Shown piece by piece: positions 23,934 through 35,454 of a stretch of 54,066 nt of DNA; position 1 is the first letter of the stretch; each line of letters begins with the position of its first letter. Below the pieces are notes generated by a model. The model had not been told where the DNA came from. It ran no database searches and saw nothing but the letters and a program-made list of their open reading frames with translations. The DNA is from Chiloscyllium plagiosum (Eukaryota): NCBI RefSeq assembly GCF_004010195.1, contig NC_057719.1, positions 54,801,844 to 54,855,909 on the forward strand. The letters run 5' to 3'. Both the position numbers and the translations under genes were made by a program.

Positions 23934-24728
23934 TGTTATGACCACCAGGTATGTCCACAATATGCAACTCATTTGGACCCTTTTAAAACAAAAACAAATT
24001 AAATTACTCAAGTTAAAGAGACCAGCTGTCAAGCTTTTGATTAAACATGTTAAAAGTTAGTCTATTATAAATTATTCATGAAATCACCTTCAAATAAAGA
24101 GATAAACCAATGAAATTAAAAAAAAGGTATTCAGAGAAAGTACAGAGAAGACAAAATAATATTTATGTCACTAAGTCCATGTGGTAAATTATTTGGGCTG
24201 TTTACTAGAATTCTTTGTTACTGCAGTGATAAGGTTAAAACTTGGAAGTTAGATCCAACAGCTGAAATGGCTTCTGTAACTGGGTAGTTGGTATTTTCTT
24301 GTACAGGCTAACCAGCAGGACAACAGATTTTGGAAGAGAGAGAAAACTCCTGGCTACTGGTTCTGCAGGTCTAGCAATGTCAGCTGCCCAGTTACTCTCA
24401 CCAGGAAAATATTAGTTATTTTAAGGTCTCCCTCCCTCTCTATCTTTTTGGAGAAAAGTTTCTTCCAGATAACTCGGGAAAGAATCTCTAGCTTTCTTGC
24501 CTTTATGTATCAATCCCGGGTAGCATACCACAAAAGCTGCTGTAAAGTAATGAAATTTGTTGCATATGTTGCATATCAAGAATTTGTATTCCGGACCCAG
24601 CCCTTCTCCCCTTTGCGATTCTTAGGTCATGTTCTGGACAATTCCTTATTTACACTCTCACAATGAGTCGTCAATAAAAATTTAGTTATCTCCTGGCTGA
24701 GAATGTTTATATGCCTGGGCTTATAACA
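23934..24728. mobile_element. Possible solo LTR
   Basis: Bounded by tgttat...ataaca inverted termini; no TSD found. Confidence 0.3.
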
Positions 24729-25112
24729 CTTTCTATCACTTTGATCTTGCAGTTATATAATCAAGTGACTTGTTGCATCCAGTTGTAATCAGGTTAACTT
24801 TACAGAAAAAGCAGAACATGTTTCTCTAAAAATAATCAGATGGTAACTATACAATTGCGATACATTCTTAGTAAAGCAGGATTGAATGTGAGGATTATTT
24901 GAACAACAAAAAAAAGTTATGTTCTTTTGGATTTCTTATAATATTCTTGTGAATGTCCATACAATTATTAAGAGATTCAAAGGGTGCAATTCTATGTGCA
25001 TGTGATGCTTCTACAAGCTGTCTCAAAATGCTGTCTGGCTCAGTCATATTTTTGTTCTTTTGCTTTATATTGCTAACCCCCAACCAATGAGATCCCTACA
25101 GGCATTCTTCAA

Positions 25113-25373
25113 AATTAGATTAGATGCCCTACAGTATGGAACCAGGCCCTTCAGACCAACAAGTCCACACAGACCAGCCAAAGAGTAAAGCACTCAGACC
25201 CATTCCCATACCCTATATTTATCCCTGACCTAACACAAGGGCATCTTAACATGGCCAATTCACTTGACCTGCACATCTTTAGATTGTGGGAGGAAACCGG
25301 AGAACCTGGAAGAAGCCCACGCAGACATGGGGGAATGTGCAAACTCCACACAGACAGTCGCCCGAGGTTGGAA
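25113..25373 (-). mobile_element. HE1-type SINE, 5'-truncated
   Basis: Colinear with 5001-5285; (ttaga)n tail; tRNA head missing. Confidence 0.9.
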
Positions 25374-26635
25374 TGCTCAAATCGGAGGCAGATCAAGTGC
25401 AGGAGGCAGATAATCTCAGCAAGGCACACTGCCTCAGGTCACACCAAAGGTAAATGAGACCCACCCAGTGGTTCCCTTTGACTAGTGTTTATAAGACCCC
25501 ACTGCTACTTTGTAAACGTAGTCGATGCTGTATGCTTAAAATCCTCTTCAATAAGGAAAAAGTGAAGGGACTTTGTGTCCTTTGCCCTGACCTCAAGAAA
25601 CTGTCAGTTTTAATGAACACTGTCACAGCTCCTAATGTTTATGTTATCAGCTGATTTCAGACAACTGAGGATTTAGTCAACATTACCCAGTTTGCGGCTC
25701 ATTGTTATATCAACCACATTACTGATCCCCTCTTTAATAGTGCATTCCAGTTAATCTAATTTGGGGTAACAGCACAGATAATAATTAGTGGCTTTTACAG
25801 TTTTTTACGTAAGAGTTAAAAATAGCACCAATATTACAATTCAGTGTCCATCTTTACAAATGAAAACATTTCAGTTTCTCAGATTTTAGGTGATATATAA
25901 TCAATGTTATAAAATCCTACGGGAAATTGCTGGTAGTTGCTACAAATATGTACACTAAGAAATTCCAGCATTCCAAATTCATTTGGAAAGAGAATGGTCA
26001 TTCTGTAATGGAGATAAGAACTGCCCCTTACACTCCATTCTCGTGTAGTTTGTTATCCTTATTATCCTTGTTCAGTTTCCCAACTTATGATCTATGGTCT
26101 CACTCTAGAATCTGATTTGTCCATTTTGACCATCAACTGGGATCCTAACACTGTTTGTGTTGTAATGTTACTTGTGGCATAGCTTTGATCTTAGGAGTTG
26201 TTTCATCTGAACTTGAAATTCCATCGTGATAGGCGATAAGATTTGTTTCTTCAGTCAAAGTAATTGATCAGAAAAGATTGTAAAACTTTTTCTGTATGAA
26301 ACTTAAAATTAACAACATGTTCATTGATTTGAAGAAGTTCCATGAATGTCAGCTGAATTATTAATTATTTTTAAATAACAAATCTTTCTGAGAAATGCAT
26401 CTGGTGTCTTCTTTCATGCAGGGATATCATCTAATGCAGGTGGTTTTTCTAAGAAATGACTCCTTTCATGTCCTTGTAATTTTGCATTTGGATTTTTACT
26501 GCTTTGAAACTATGTTCTACCTCATCCAATTTCATGAAGTAACTGAGAGTCTTGTAGATTTAGTATTCTTTTGTCATTTTAGTGCATTGCTTGTTCCTAT
26601 GTGGCTTTGTTGTTCATAGCAGCAATACGGGCTCT

Positions 26636-26742
26636 TAACATCTGATGAAGAGTCACCAGACTTGAAACATTAACTCTGTTTTCTCCCCACAGACATTGCC
26701 AGATCAACTGACTATTGCCAGCAACTTCTGTTTTTATTTTTA
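26636..26742 (+). mobile_element. Penelope-like tail starting at a hammerhead core
   Basis: CTGATGA 26642-26648, stem II gagtc-acca-gactt, GAAA 26664-26667, then cattaactctgttttctccccacagac. Confidence 0.75.
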
Positions 26743-27904
26743 ATATCTGTTGTTTCATTCACTCTGTTTTGCTTGTCTTATGTTTCATTAAACATATACA
26801 TACACAACGTGAATAGATTGTGATGCTTTTCTGAGGCAGGGCTGTTCTTCTCCTCTCAAGATCTTTCCAAATCTTTCTGATTTCTGCTTCTAACATGATT
26901 AAACAGTTTTCTCCCAAGTTTAATCTTCCTTGAAATCTAACAAAAATGCATCACTGATTCTAAAAATTCCAACTCTTATGAATTCTGATTTCAAAGCTCC
27001 ATAGTAACAGTTTTATATTGATCTGTACAGATCATTAATGAAATCTGTTGATTCTCAGGATGTTAAATTATTCAGTTAATTCTTGCTCTTTCAAGAATTT
27101 TGTTTGTTCTCAGACTGAAGTAACATGCTACTTCATCTTAAAAAGTATCTGTGCTCCTTTGATATTTGGCTATTTTCAACATGGTCTGTTACAGAACTAA
27201 CTGAACATAATTGATTTGTTCAGATTCAGACATAGTTTTAAACTTTGAAGCACTTCTGTATCTTTAGAATTATTTTCTGCATGATGTCCAATCCCATGTT
27301 CTGTTTGACCCATCTCTGTTTGAATCTTTTCAGAAGCATTATTTCTCCTTCCATTTCTTCTTAATGTTTATTTATTCTTTTTTCCTTTCAAGTCATTTTA
27401 AATCTGTAACATAAATAATGCTGTTCATAATCTAACACCTTAAAGTTTGCATCTTTGCATTAAATCAGTGCTTCAAATTCTATTATCTAAAAGAACATTT
27501 AAACTTGTAATTTTTGTATTCAGTCAGTTAAACTCTGAACCACAGCAATATTGTCAGACTCTTTCAATAAAGCTTTAAATTCTGTTGACAAGCAAAACTG
27601 GGTTGTATTACTTGCAAGCTTTAAATTGTTGAACAGAAATAATGATTTTTTGTTTGGTTTGTTAAGATTTTCCCACTTTTTAAATTACCAGAATAGATAG
27701 AGATGGTGCAGGCTTAATGGGCCAAAGGGCCTTTTCTATACTCTATCAACTTATGATTGAGGCGATCCTGCTTTATAGAAATATTTCTTGTTTTCTGTAG
27801 AGTCAAATGAATATTTTCCAACTTGTCATGTCCCAAAGCATAATGTGCATCACCTTGCATAACTTTTTAAATAAAGGTCTATGGTTATGACTAAAGTAAA
27901 TATC

Positions 27905-28760
27905 CCTGCTGAAATTGTGGGCTAAATTATAGATTGCAGATGACATAAAACTAGATGGAAGGGTGAACAGTAAAAAGGATGCAATGGTCAAATGCATGGC
28001 AGAGGTTATCCACTTTAGTAGCATAAACAAAAAGGCAGATTGTTATCTGAATGGCAATAGACTGGGAAAGGGGGAGTTGCAATGAGACCTGAGCATTCTT
28101 GTTATCATCACTGAAAGTAAGTTTGCAGGTGCAGCAGGTGGTGAAGAAAGCAAATGGTATGTTAGCTTTCATAGTGAGAGGATTGAGTATGGGAGCAGGG
28201 GTGTCTTTTTTTAATTGTTCAGGGCCTTAGTGAGATCACTCCTGGAGTATTACCTGTAATTATGGTCTCCTTATGGAAGTTCTGACTATGGAAGCAGAAT
28301 GGTTTAACATTCTGGTAAATGGTTTACTGAGATGGCAGGACTGACATATAAAGGTAGCCTGGATCGATTACTGGAGTTAAGAAGAATTAAGAGCCAGCTC
28401 AGAGAAACCTTCAAATTTCGAACAGGACCAGAGAGCGTAAATGCAAGAAGGATGTTTCCAATGACTAGGGAGTCCAGAGCCTAGGGTCAAAGTCTAAAGC
28501 TGCCATTTAGGACCAAGATGAGAAGAGGTTTCTTCATCAGAATGGTAAGCCTGTACAATTCACTGTTACAGAAAGTGATTGAAGCCAAATCATTAAAGGT
28601 TTTCAAGAAGGAGTTAAATATAATTCTTTGAGCTAAATGGATCAAAAGGATGAGCCTAAAGCAAGTGCATGTACTGTGTTAGATGATCAGCCATGATCAT
28701 TTTGAATGGTCCAACAGGCTTAAAGGGCTGAAAAAAGGGCTAGTATTCTATTTTTCTAAT
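27905..28760 (+). mobile_element. Older CR1 subfamily 3' fragment
   Basis: gcagatgacataaaactag, QVQQVVKKANGMLAFI, tail gatgatcagccatgatcattttgaatgg. Confidence 0.85.
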
Positions 28761-28849
28761 TTCTGAGTTTTAAATTATGTTAAGTAATCTTCTAAAAGTC
28801 TTATAATTATTCAAAATGTCTTCATTTCTGTTCATTTCAAAACAATAGT

Positions 28850-29125
28850 ATTTCATTTTACCTTTGATCCTTCTCTGACTAGTCTTTACATTATTAGTGT
28901 AATGATTTCCACCATCCTCCCCATTCCCCATCTTGGCCTCTATCAGAACCAATTTTTCTTTAAGATACTGACCAGGTATGACTGGCTTTCACTCTTCTAT
29001 GTGTCCACACTGATTTTCCTGTGCCTCTTATCAATCTGAGGTGAAGATCCTTTCCTGAAGTGTTGAATCACCTTTTTGCCGCTCATGGGATTGATGCTGA
29101 GCCCTGGCCAGTTTTCATTTTCAGC
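28850..29125 (+). mobile_element. Very old Penelope-like 3' tail
   Basis: tctgaggtgaagatcctttcctgaagtgttgaatc..ccagttttcattttcag loosely matches the tails above. Confidence 0.35.
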
Positions 29126-29556
29126 TGTTGACTGAGTGCAACTCTTCCTAAAGTGTAACATTCTTAAAGTGGTTAACTCACTTGATTTTAAAACATCTTT
29201 TCATCTGGGTCAAAAGTTTTCTCTTCACCATTGTTACCTTCAGGCATTTCAACAGCTGTGCCCACCACTGATCACCGTATTGTATTTGGTTCTGGGTTAA
29301 AACCACTGATGATTTCTGGTTGAGATAGTTTGCTGACCCCAATCCCATGTTATATGCTGGGTTTAAAGGGAGGAAAAAAAACACTAGGGAGTTGAAACTC
29401 TTTTAAATAAGAAATTTTGGATTGTTACATCATCATAATAGGTTAAAGTTCACATGAACTAATTCGGCATAATTACAACGATCAGCAGAACCTACTGCAG
29501 AACTAATTGTTCTCTACCTCAAGACTATGAGACATCATCAAGTTGACCAGAGCTAA

Positions 29557-30160
29557 TGTAATGTCAGTGTTGATGTCTGCTTCGTTTGTCAAATCCGGAC
29601 GACACAAGTTTTCTGCACAACAGTAGCAGCTTTATTATCGGACAGCTGGCGAGAGATTCAAAATGTCCCCAAAGTAGCCGTGTGTCTCCTTGTGGTGACA
29701 CTTCTTCATGAATCTCTGCCTTACACACAGAGACAGTATATTTTTGTATGAATTAAACAAAAGGTTTATCAGTCACGTGGGTGATTGTCATTACATAGTT
29801 TAAAGTAGGTAATTATGAATTTACAAAGCCTGATGAATGTTGATGTCCTGTGATAATATGTGAATGGATTACAAAAACTGATTATCGTATTCTTCATGAT
29901 AATGGTTGATGGGAAGAGATTAAGGCAGAAGGGTTTTGCCTGATGCAAATGGGGGATTCACATACCTGTGCGAATATGGAGAGGAAGTGAGACAATGGGA
30001 GCGGGAGGCAGGTTAACAGGGTTGTGGCCAAGGCTATCAGTCTTGTCTGGAGAGGGAAACTGCCTCTGTTTGGGACTACAAGGTGAATTCACCTGTGTGG
30101 CTCCACTAGTCTCCATTTTTGAGGTACAGCCTCTTCCCTACTGAAATGTTCTGTCTGGAT
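29557..30160 (-). mobile_element. Possible LTR fragment
   Basis: Starts tgtaatg; tttatt (minus-strand polyA signal) about 75 nt inside; other terminus not identified. Confidence 0.3.
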
Positions 30161-30164
30161 TGTA

Positions 30165-30813
30165 AGGTGGTTGTGGACCAGAATCATAAGACACAGACTT
30201 TATAGCAACAAGATTGCAGTGTCATGGAAATTAATACGAAACAAATTTAGCTTAAGTCATTCAACTTTTAGAATGACCATATTAGTTTTGGTTTCTTCAC
30301 ATGTAAATCCCAGGACTTTTTTTAAGGTTACATTCTCAAGGTAGCTTTTAACAATAGGTGTTATCTCAGCTCAGATAATGCATTGAAGGGGTGAAGTTAA
30401 AGTCTGACTGTGTCCCAATGTTAGGTCAGATTGATTCTATTTCTAAAATAGAATCTTACATGGATTTATGCAGTTTTTGAGCAAAATAACATGTAATTCT
30501 GTAAGTACAAATTCAGCTCACAAACTTATATATGCTTGTGTACAGGAGAGACCGAGTTAGTGTGTGTATGTGTGTGGGGGTGTTATGGCTATGAGAGGTG
30601 TGTCTGTGTGTGAGTCTAATAGGGTATAAGTCTGTGAGAGGGTGCATGTGTGGCTGTGAGTGTGAGCATTTGAGACAGAGCTTGTGTACGAGAGAGGGTC
30701 TGCATGAATGTGTGGGACTGAAGAAATGTGTGTATGTGTGTGTGCGTGATTATGTATGTGTGAGAGAGAATGTATAGTGTAGTGGGGTCACCTGTAGTGT
30801 GACATGAACCCGA
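30165..30813 (-). mobile_element. Penelope-like element, inverted 3' arm with degenerate (TG)n tract
   Basis: 30180-30353 is the diverged reverse complement of about 31905-32080; ends in the ORF terminus tcgggttcatgtcacactacaggtgacccc on minus strand. Confidence 0.85.
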
Positions 30814-31045
30814 CCACCCAGTTCTGACATGCCACATCGAGAAATCGTAATGACCTCCTCAGGAGACAGACACGAGCTGCAACCAATAGGATACCCTTTG
30901 TTGTCCAGTACTTCCCAGAAACCGAAAAACTACGCTATGTTCTTCACAGCCTACAACACATTATTGATGAGGATGCATACCTTGCCAAGACCTTCCCCAT
31001 GCCTCCACTTCTTGCCTTTAAACAACTGCCAAACCTTAAACAGAT

Positions 31046-31273
31046 CATTGTTCGCTGATTTGGAGATGCCAGTGTTGGACTGGGCTGTACAAAGTTAAAA
31101 ATCACACAACACCAGGTTATAGTTCAACAGGTTTAATTGGAAGCACTAGCTTTCAGAGGGCTGCTTTTTCTACAACGACCTGATGAAGGAGCAGTGCTTC
31201 GAAAGCTAGTGCTTCCAATTAAACCTGTTGATCTATAACTTGGTGTCGTGTGATTTTTAACATTGTTTGCTGA
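31046..31273. mobile_element. Palindromic Penelope tail nested in a Penelope ORF, 13-bp TSD
   Basis: Arms 31094-31154 / 31201-31261; TSD cattgttcgctga (31046-31058) / cattgtttgctga (31261-31273). Confidence 0.9.
31177..31211 (+). ncRNA. Minimal type I hammerhead ribozyme motif, intact core
   Basis: CTGATGA 31180-31186, stem II ggagc-agt-gcttc, GAAA 31201-31204, palindromic AGCT stem III, NUH = CTA. Confidence 0.75.
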
Positions 31274-32083
31274 AAACTGCCTGGCAACACCCAACAACCC
31301 TGTCACGGCAGGCGCTGCAAGACATGTCAGAGTGTCAACACGGACACCAAAATTACACGTGGGGACACCACTCACTATGTACTTGACTCGTGACTTGGCC
31401 AACGTTGTCTATCTCATACCTGCAGGCAGGCCCTGAGGCGTGGTACATTGGTGAGACAGAGCAGATGCTATGGCAACGGATGAATGGACACCACACAACA
31501 ATCATCAGCCAGGAGTGTCCCCTCCCAGTCAGGGGATACTTCAGCGGTCCGGGACATTCAGCCTCGGACCGTCGGGTGACTATCCTCCAAGGGGGCTTCA
31601 AGACGGGCAACAACACAAAGTTGTCGAGCGGAGGCTGATAGCCAAGTTTGGTAACCATGGGGATGGCCTTGACTGGGACCTAGGTGACCTCACTTCACTG
31701 TACACTCTCTCATATATACACACACACACTCACTCACTCAGTCATGCAGACCCTCTCTCATACACAAGTCCGCTCACCCCACGCTCACATCCACATACGC
31801 ACCCCACACAGATACACACTCTCGCACAGACACTTCACACTCCCATACACACAACCATATGCACTCATTCACTCGGTGTCCCTGCACACACACACACACA
31901 CATGTTGTTAAAAGCTACCTTGAGAATGTAACTTTTAAAAAAGGGTTCTTGGATTTACATATGAAGGAACCAAAACTAACATGGTCATTCTAAAAGATTA
32001 AAGACTTAAGCTACATTTGCTTAATATTACAATCTGACACTGCAATTCTATTGCTATAAATTCTGTGTCTTATGATTCTGCTC

Positions 32084-32118
32084 CACCTGATGAAGAAGCA
32101 GTGCTTTGAAAGTTAGTG
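32084..32118 (+). ncRNA. Hammerhead motif in Penelope tail, stem III mutated
   Basis: cac-CTGATGA-a-gaagc-agt-gcttt-GAAA-gtta-gtg; cac/gtg can form stem I. Confidence 0.65.
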
Positions 32119-32469
32119 CTTCGAAATAAACCTGTTGGACTATAACCTGGTGTGTGATTTTTAATAGCATTCATGAAATTCTGGATCATACCTTTTGAAG
32201 GGTTGACGATACCAACAATTTCCTCTCTTTATGTGAGCTTCTATCTACTAGCATACTCCATCATGAGAACTGACTTTGCATACCAAAAGAGTTCAAAACA
32301 CAGAAGATCTGCCAAGGTCAGATTTGCTCATTTCAGGCAAACAAAAAATCTCACAGCATTCTGATGCCGCTGCTTCAGAACTGGAGTGAAAGAGGTAACA
32401 TCTCTATTGCTACGTCTTAAAAGCTCAAAGAACCACAGAGTCATAATTCCAGAAATAGCTATTCTATTA

Positions 32470-33030
32470 GAATCTTAGAACAGCTATATCTATCAGGTGG
32501 CTATTCATTATGCTGTAGTGTCCATTGAAGATTTCAAGAAGAGCAATTTACTCAGTGCTGCTCCCTTACCTTTTCCCCTTAGCTGTGCAACTTCCTTCTC
32601 TCCAGATAATTATCCAGATCTCCTTTGAATGCAATGATTCAATATGATTCCGCCATATTAGCTGGGTATGCATTCCAGATGCTCATCACTCACTACATTA
32701 AAAATAATTCCTCATATCACCACTGCTTCTTGTTCAAATCACCTTAAATCAATCTCCTCTGAATCTTGAAAATTCTTCCTATGATCCTGCCAAGTTTCTT
32801 CATAACTTTAAGGAGCTCTATCAAATCTCTATAATCCAAGAAGAACAGCCCTAGCTTATCCAATCTATGCAATATAAGATCTGCATCCTGGAACCATTCT
32901 TTTAAATCTTTTCAGAAGCTTCTCTCAAGTCTTCATATTTTTCTGAACGTTTAGTGCCCAAAACTGAAATCCAGTTTAGGTCAAACCTGAGTATTATGAA
33001 GGTTCATCATATCTTCCATGCATTCCTATT
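32470..33030 (-). mobile_element. Old CR1 3' fragment
   Basis: gcattccagatgctcatcactcact..atcaccttaaatc..tctatcaaatctc..catcctggaaccattct..gtgcccaaaactg. Confidence 0.7.
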
Positions 33031-33621
33031 TTCCAAGATGGAAGTTTCCTACTAGAAGTGGGAAGTGGGAGACAGGAGTTGGGACTAACTTTTATGTCAG
33101 GATTCCACCTTCATCATGGCAATGTGTGCAGGCGAAATTTCACCTGTTGCAAAAATGGCCGGCAATTGGTACAAAGCAGAAATGCAGGCAGGCTAAGGCT
33201 CAAGTTAGCTTTGTTCCCAGAAACTTCAGTCCAATTCTCAATTGCCAGCAAGGGCTCCTCAAATTGAGATTAATTATGAAATCATTTAAAGTCACTCTCA
33301 CCCTCACTAACCTCCTCACCCCTTTATTTACATGATCCTTTTGCATCTGTCACCTTACTCTGTACTCCAATACTCATCCTAACCATTCACCCAGTGTTCA
33401 CCTTATACATAGAAATTGCAACATTTGGAAGTCATGGGAAAGCTCAAACCACAGTCATCACTTGAAGAGACATTTGCAAAGTAATTAGCCCCCTTAAAAA
33501 TAGAAACTTTATCAAAGCTGTCAAACTTGCATTTCCTCAGGACAGTTGCGTAAACAAGCTCTACACTTCATTAATCCATTAGTGCTTTCAAAGGCATCAA
33601 AAAGCTCCTACAGAGTGGAAC

Positions 33622-33692
33622 AGATTAGATTAGATTAGATTAGATTCCCTACAGCGTGGAAACAGGCCCTTCGGTCCAACCAGTCCACACTG
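33622..33692 (-). mobile_element. HE1 SINE/LINE 3' tip with (ttaga)4 tail
   Basis: agattagattagattagattccctacagcgtggaaacaggcccttcggtccaaccagtccacac. Confidence 0.85.
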
Positions 33693-35454
33693 GATGGCTG
33701 AACTCATCTATAAAGAATGAAAACAGTGGAGAGTGTTTAAATAATTAGCTCTAGATCTCACACTGTACAATGCAAAATAGTAACTTATGCAGCTATGCTA
33801 ATATACCTGAAGACTCTTCCACTGCTACATAGCTATTCTTTCACTTGACAGCTTGTCAGTTGTCATAACTACCAACTTGGAATCAACATTATTTAATGAT
33901 TATGTATTCCAATTCTAGCACTGTCATCACTCATTTTAGTAAACACAGATACAATTCAGACTTTATAATTTTATGATGAAGCATTTTTTACTCATCATTT
34001 ATACTTTGCACACCTCCATTCCACAGCTATGATTTACAAAAGCTTCCAAAGCATAGCCACATTAAGGAAGATTAAAATGGTTTTCAGATGCCCACTCCTA
34101 TAATAGTATTGGCAATATCTAATTGGGTTCTTAACCTGCCTTCTTTCCCATAGTAGTGAATATGACCAGAGATGGACATCCACTGTTGTTTCTTTGTGGC
34201 CTTTCCTTTTTTGAACCCTATTCATTTTGGGATCACAAAATGTGAAAACAGACTCTGTCAACTGATTTCTCAACCTGCCTTACTATGTTCTATAATCTTC
34301 GCAGATATGAATCCAATGCCTCTACTTTTGAACATGCTTTAGAATTATATCAGTTATTGTCTAACCTTGTTTTAATATCAACATGAATTACTTCACATTT
34401 ACCTCCATTAAATTTCACTAACATGTCTTGTCTCCTTTCCAACAGCCTCTGTCCTGTTGAACTTTATCACAAACTTCTTTAGAATTCACAATTACATGTA
34501 ATAGGTGCATAGAGCTTTCAGAATCCTACAATACAAATAGCTGCATTTAATCTATAGGCTGATTCACTCAATTACTCCTTGAAGTTGATGTGTAGGAGTG
34601 GATTTGAACTGCATTTGCTTCTTCACATAGTCTTAGGATTCAAGTGAAGTTGACATTGAGATTTCAAATATTTTATTTGCAGATAGCAGTACACATATTA
34701 TTCATTGATTTTATGCATGTTAGTCAGTGAAGTCAATGGTAGTGGGACTAAAAATTAATCTTCTGGTGATTGGTATATGCTTATAATGTATTTGACTTAT
34801 TCGTTAAAGCCATAGTTTACAGCAATTACTGAAGGGGAAATAAACCATGTTTACTACAGAGGAAAGGACAGCTCATTCCTCCTCAGAGACCCAATGGTTT
34901 CTCACCAATCATTCACACCTACTCAGCTACATGGAAGTTAATCTCATTGCTGTTGGCAGGCAGAAAGCCTTTGTCATCATCTGGTCATTTTTTGGCAGAC
35001 CAGTTAGCTACGTGTTGCAGGCTGGATCTTCATACACACCGCCTAGCTTCAGCTCATCTGTAGTAATGTTCTCCCATTGTTCCAACTTACAATGAGTGTC
35101 AGATGCCTCCTTTTGAAAAGTGCAATAACCCTTTCCACAATCCTTTGTTTAAAAAAATGTCCTTTTGCTATATAAATCCACAATCAAAAATTCAGAAAAG
35201 TAAAATGATATAACCTTTACACAGGGTTCTACTGTACTTTACCTTTTTTTATTCCATACTTTCTTTTCACTCTACACTCTGTTTTCACAAGCCTTTTCAC
35301 CCTTTGTCGCAATCATAGGTGTACTGGTTTCTATTCAAGGGTATTGAGTTTAGAGATGCCAAGCTCAAATATGTGTTGTATCTTTGCATGAAGACTATTT
35401 TCTTCATTGTGTGGCAAAAGGTCAATTCCATGAATACTACAGTACTCCCTGCAG

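Larger units (their letters stand above)
30814..32164 (+). mobile_element. Penelope-like element remnant: GIY-YIG, (CA)n-rich UTR, hammerhead tail
   Basis: ANVVYLI..GPEAWYIGETEQMLWQRMNGHH..ILQGG; homologous to 1125-1743; tail cacctgatgaagaagcagtgctttgaaagttagtg. Confidence 0.9.

Noticed and set aside
31470..31931. 153-aa His/Thr-rich ORF
   Set aside because: Translation of a degenerate (CA)n tract in the Penelope UTR.
34847..35095. Possible host exon
   Set aside because: No recognisable protein on either strand and no convincing splice pair.
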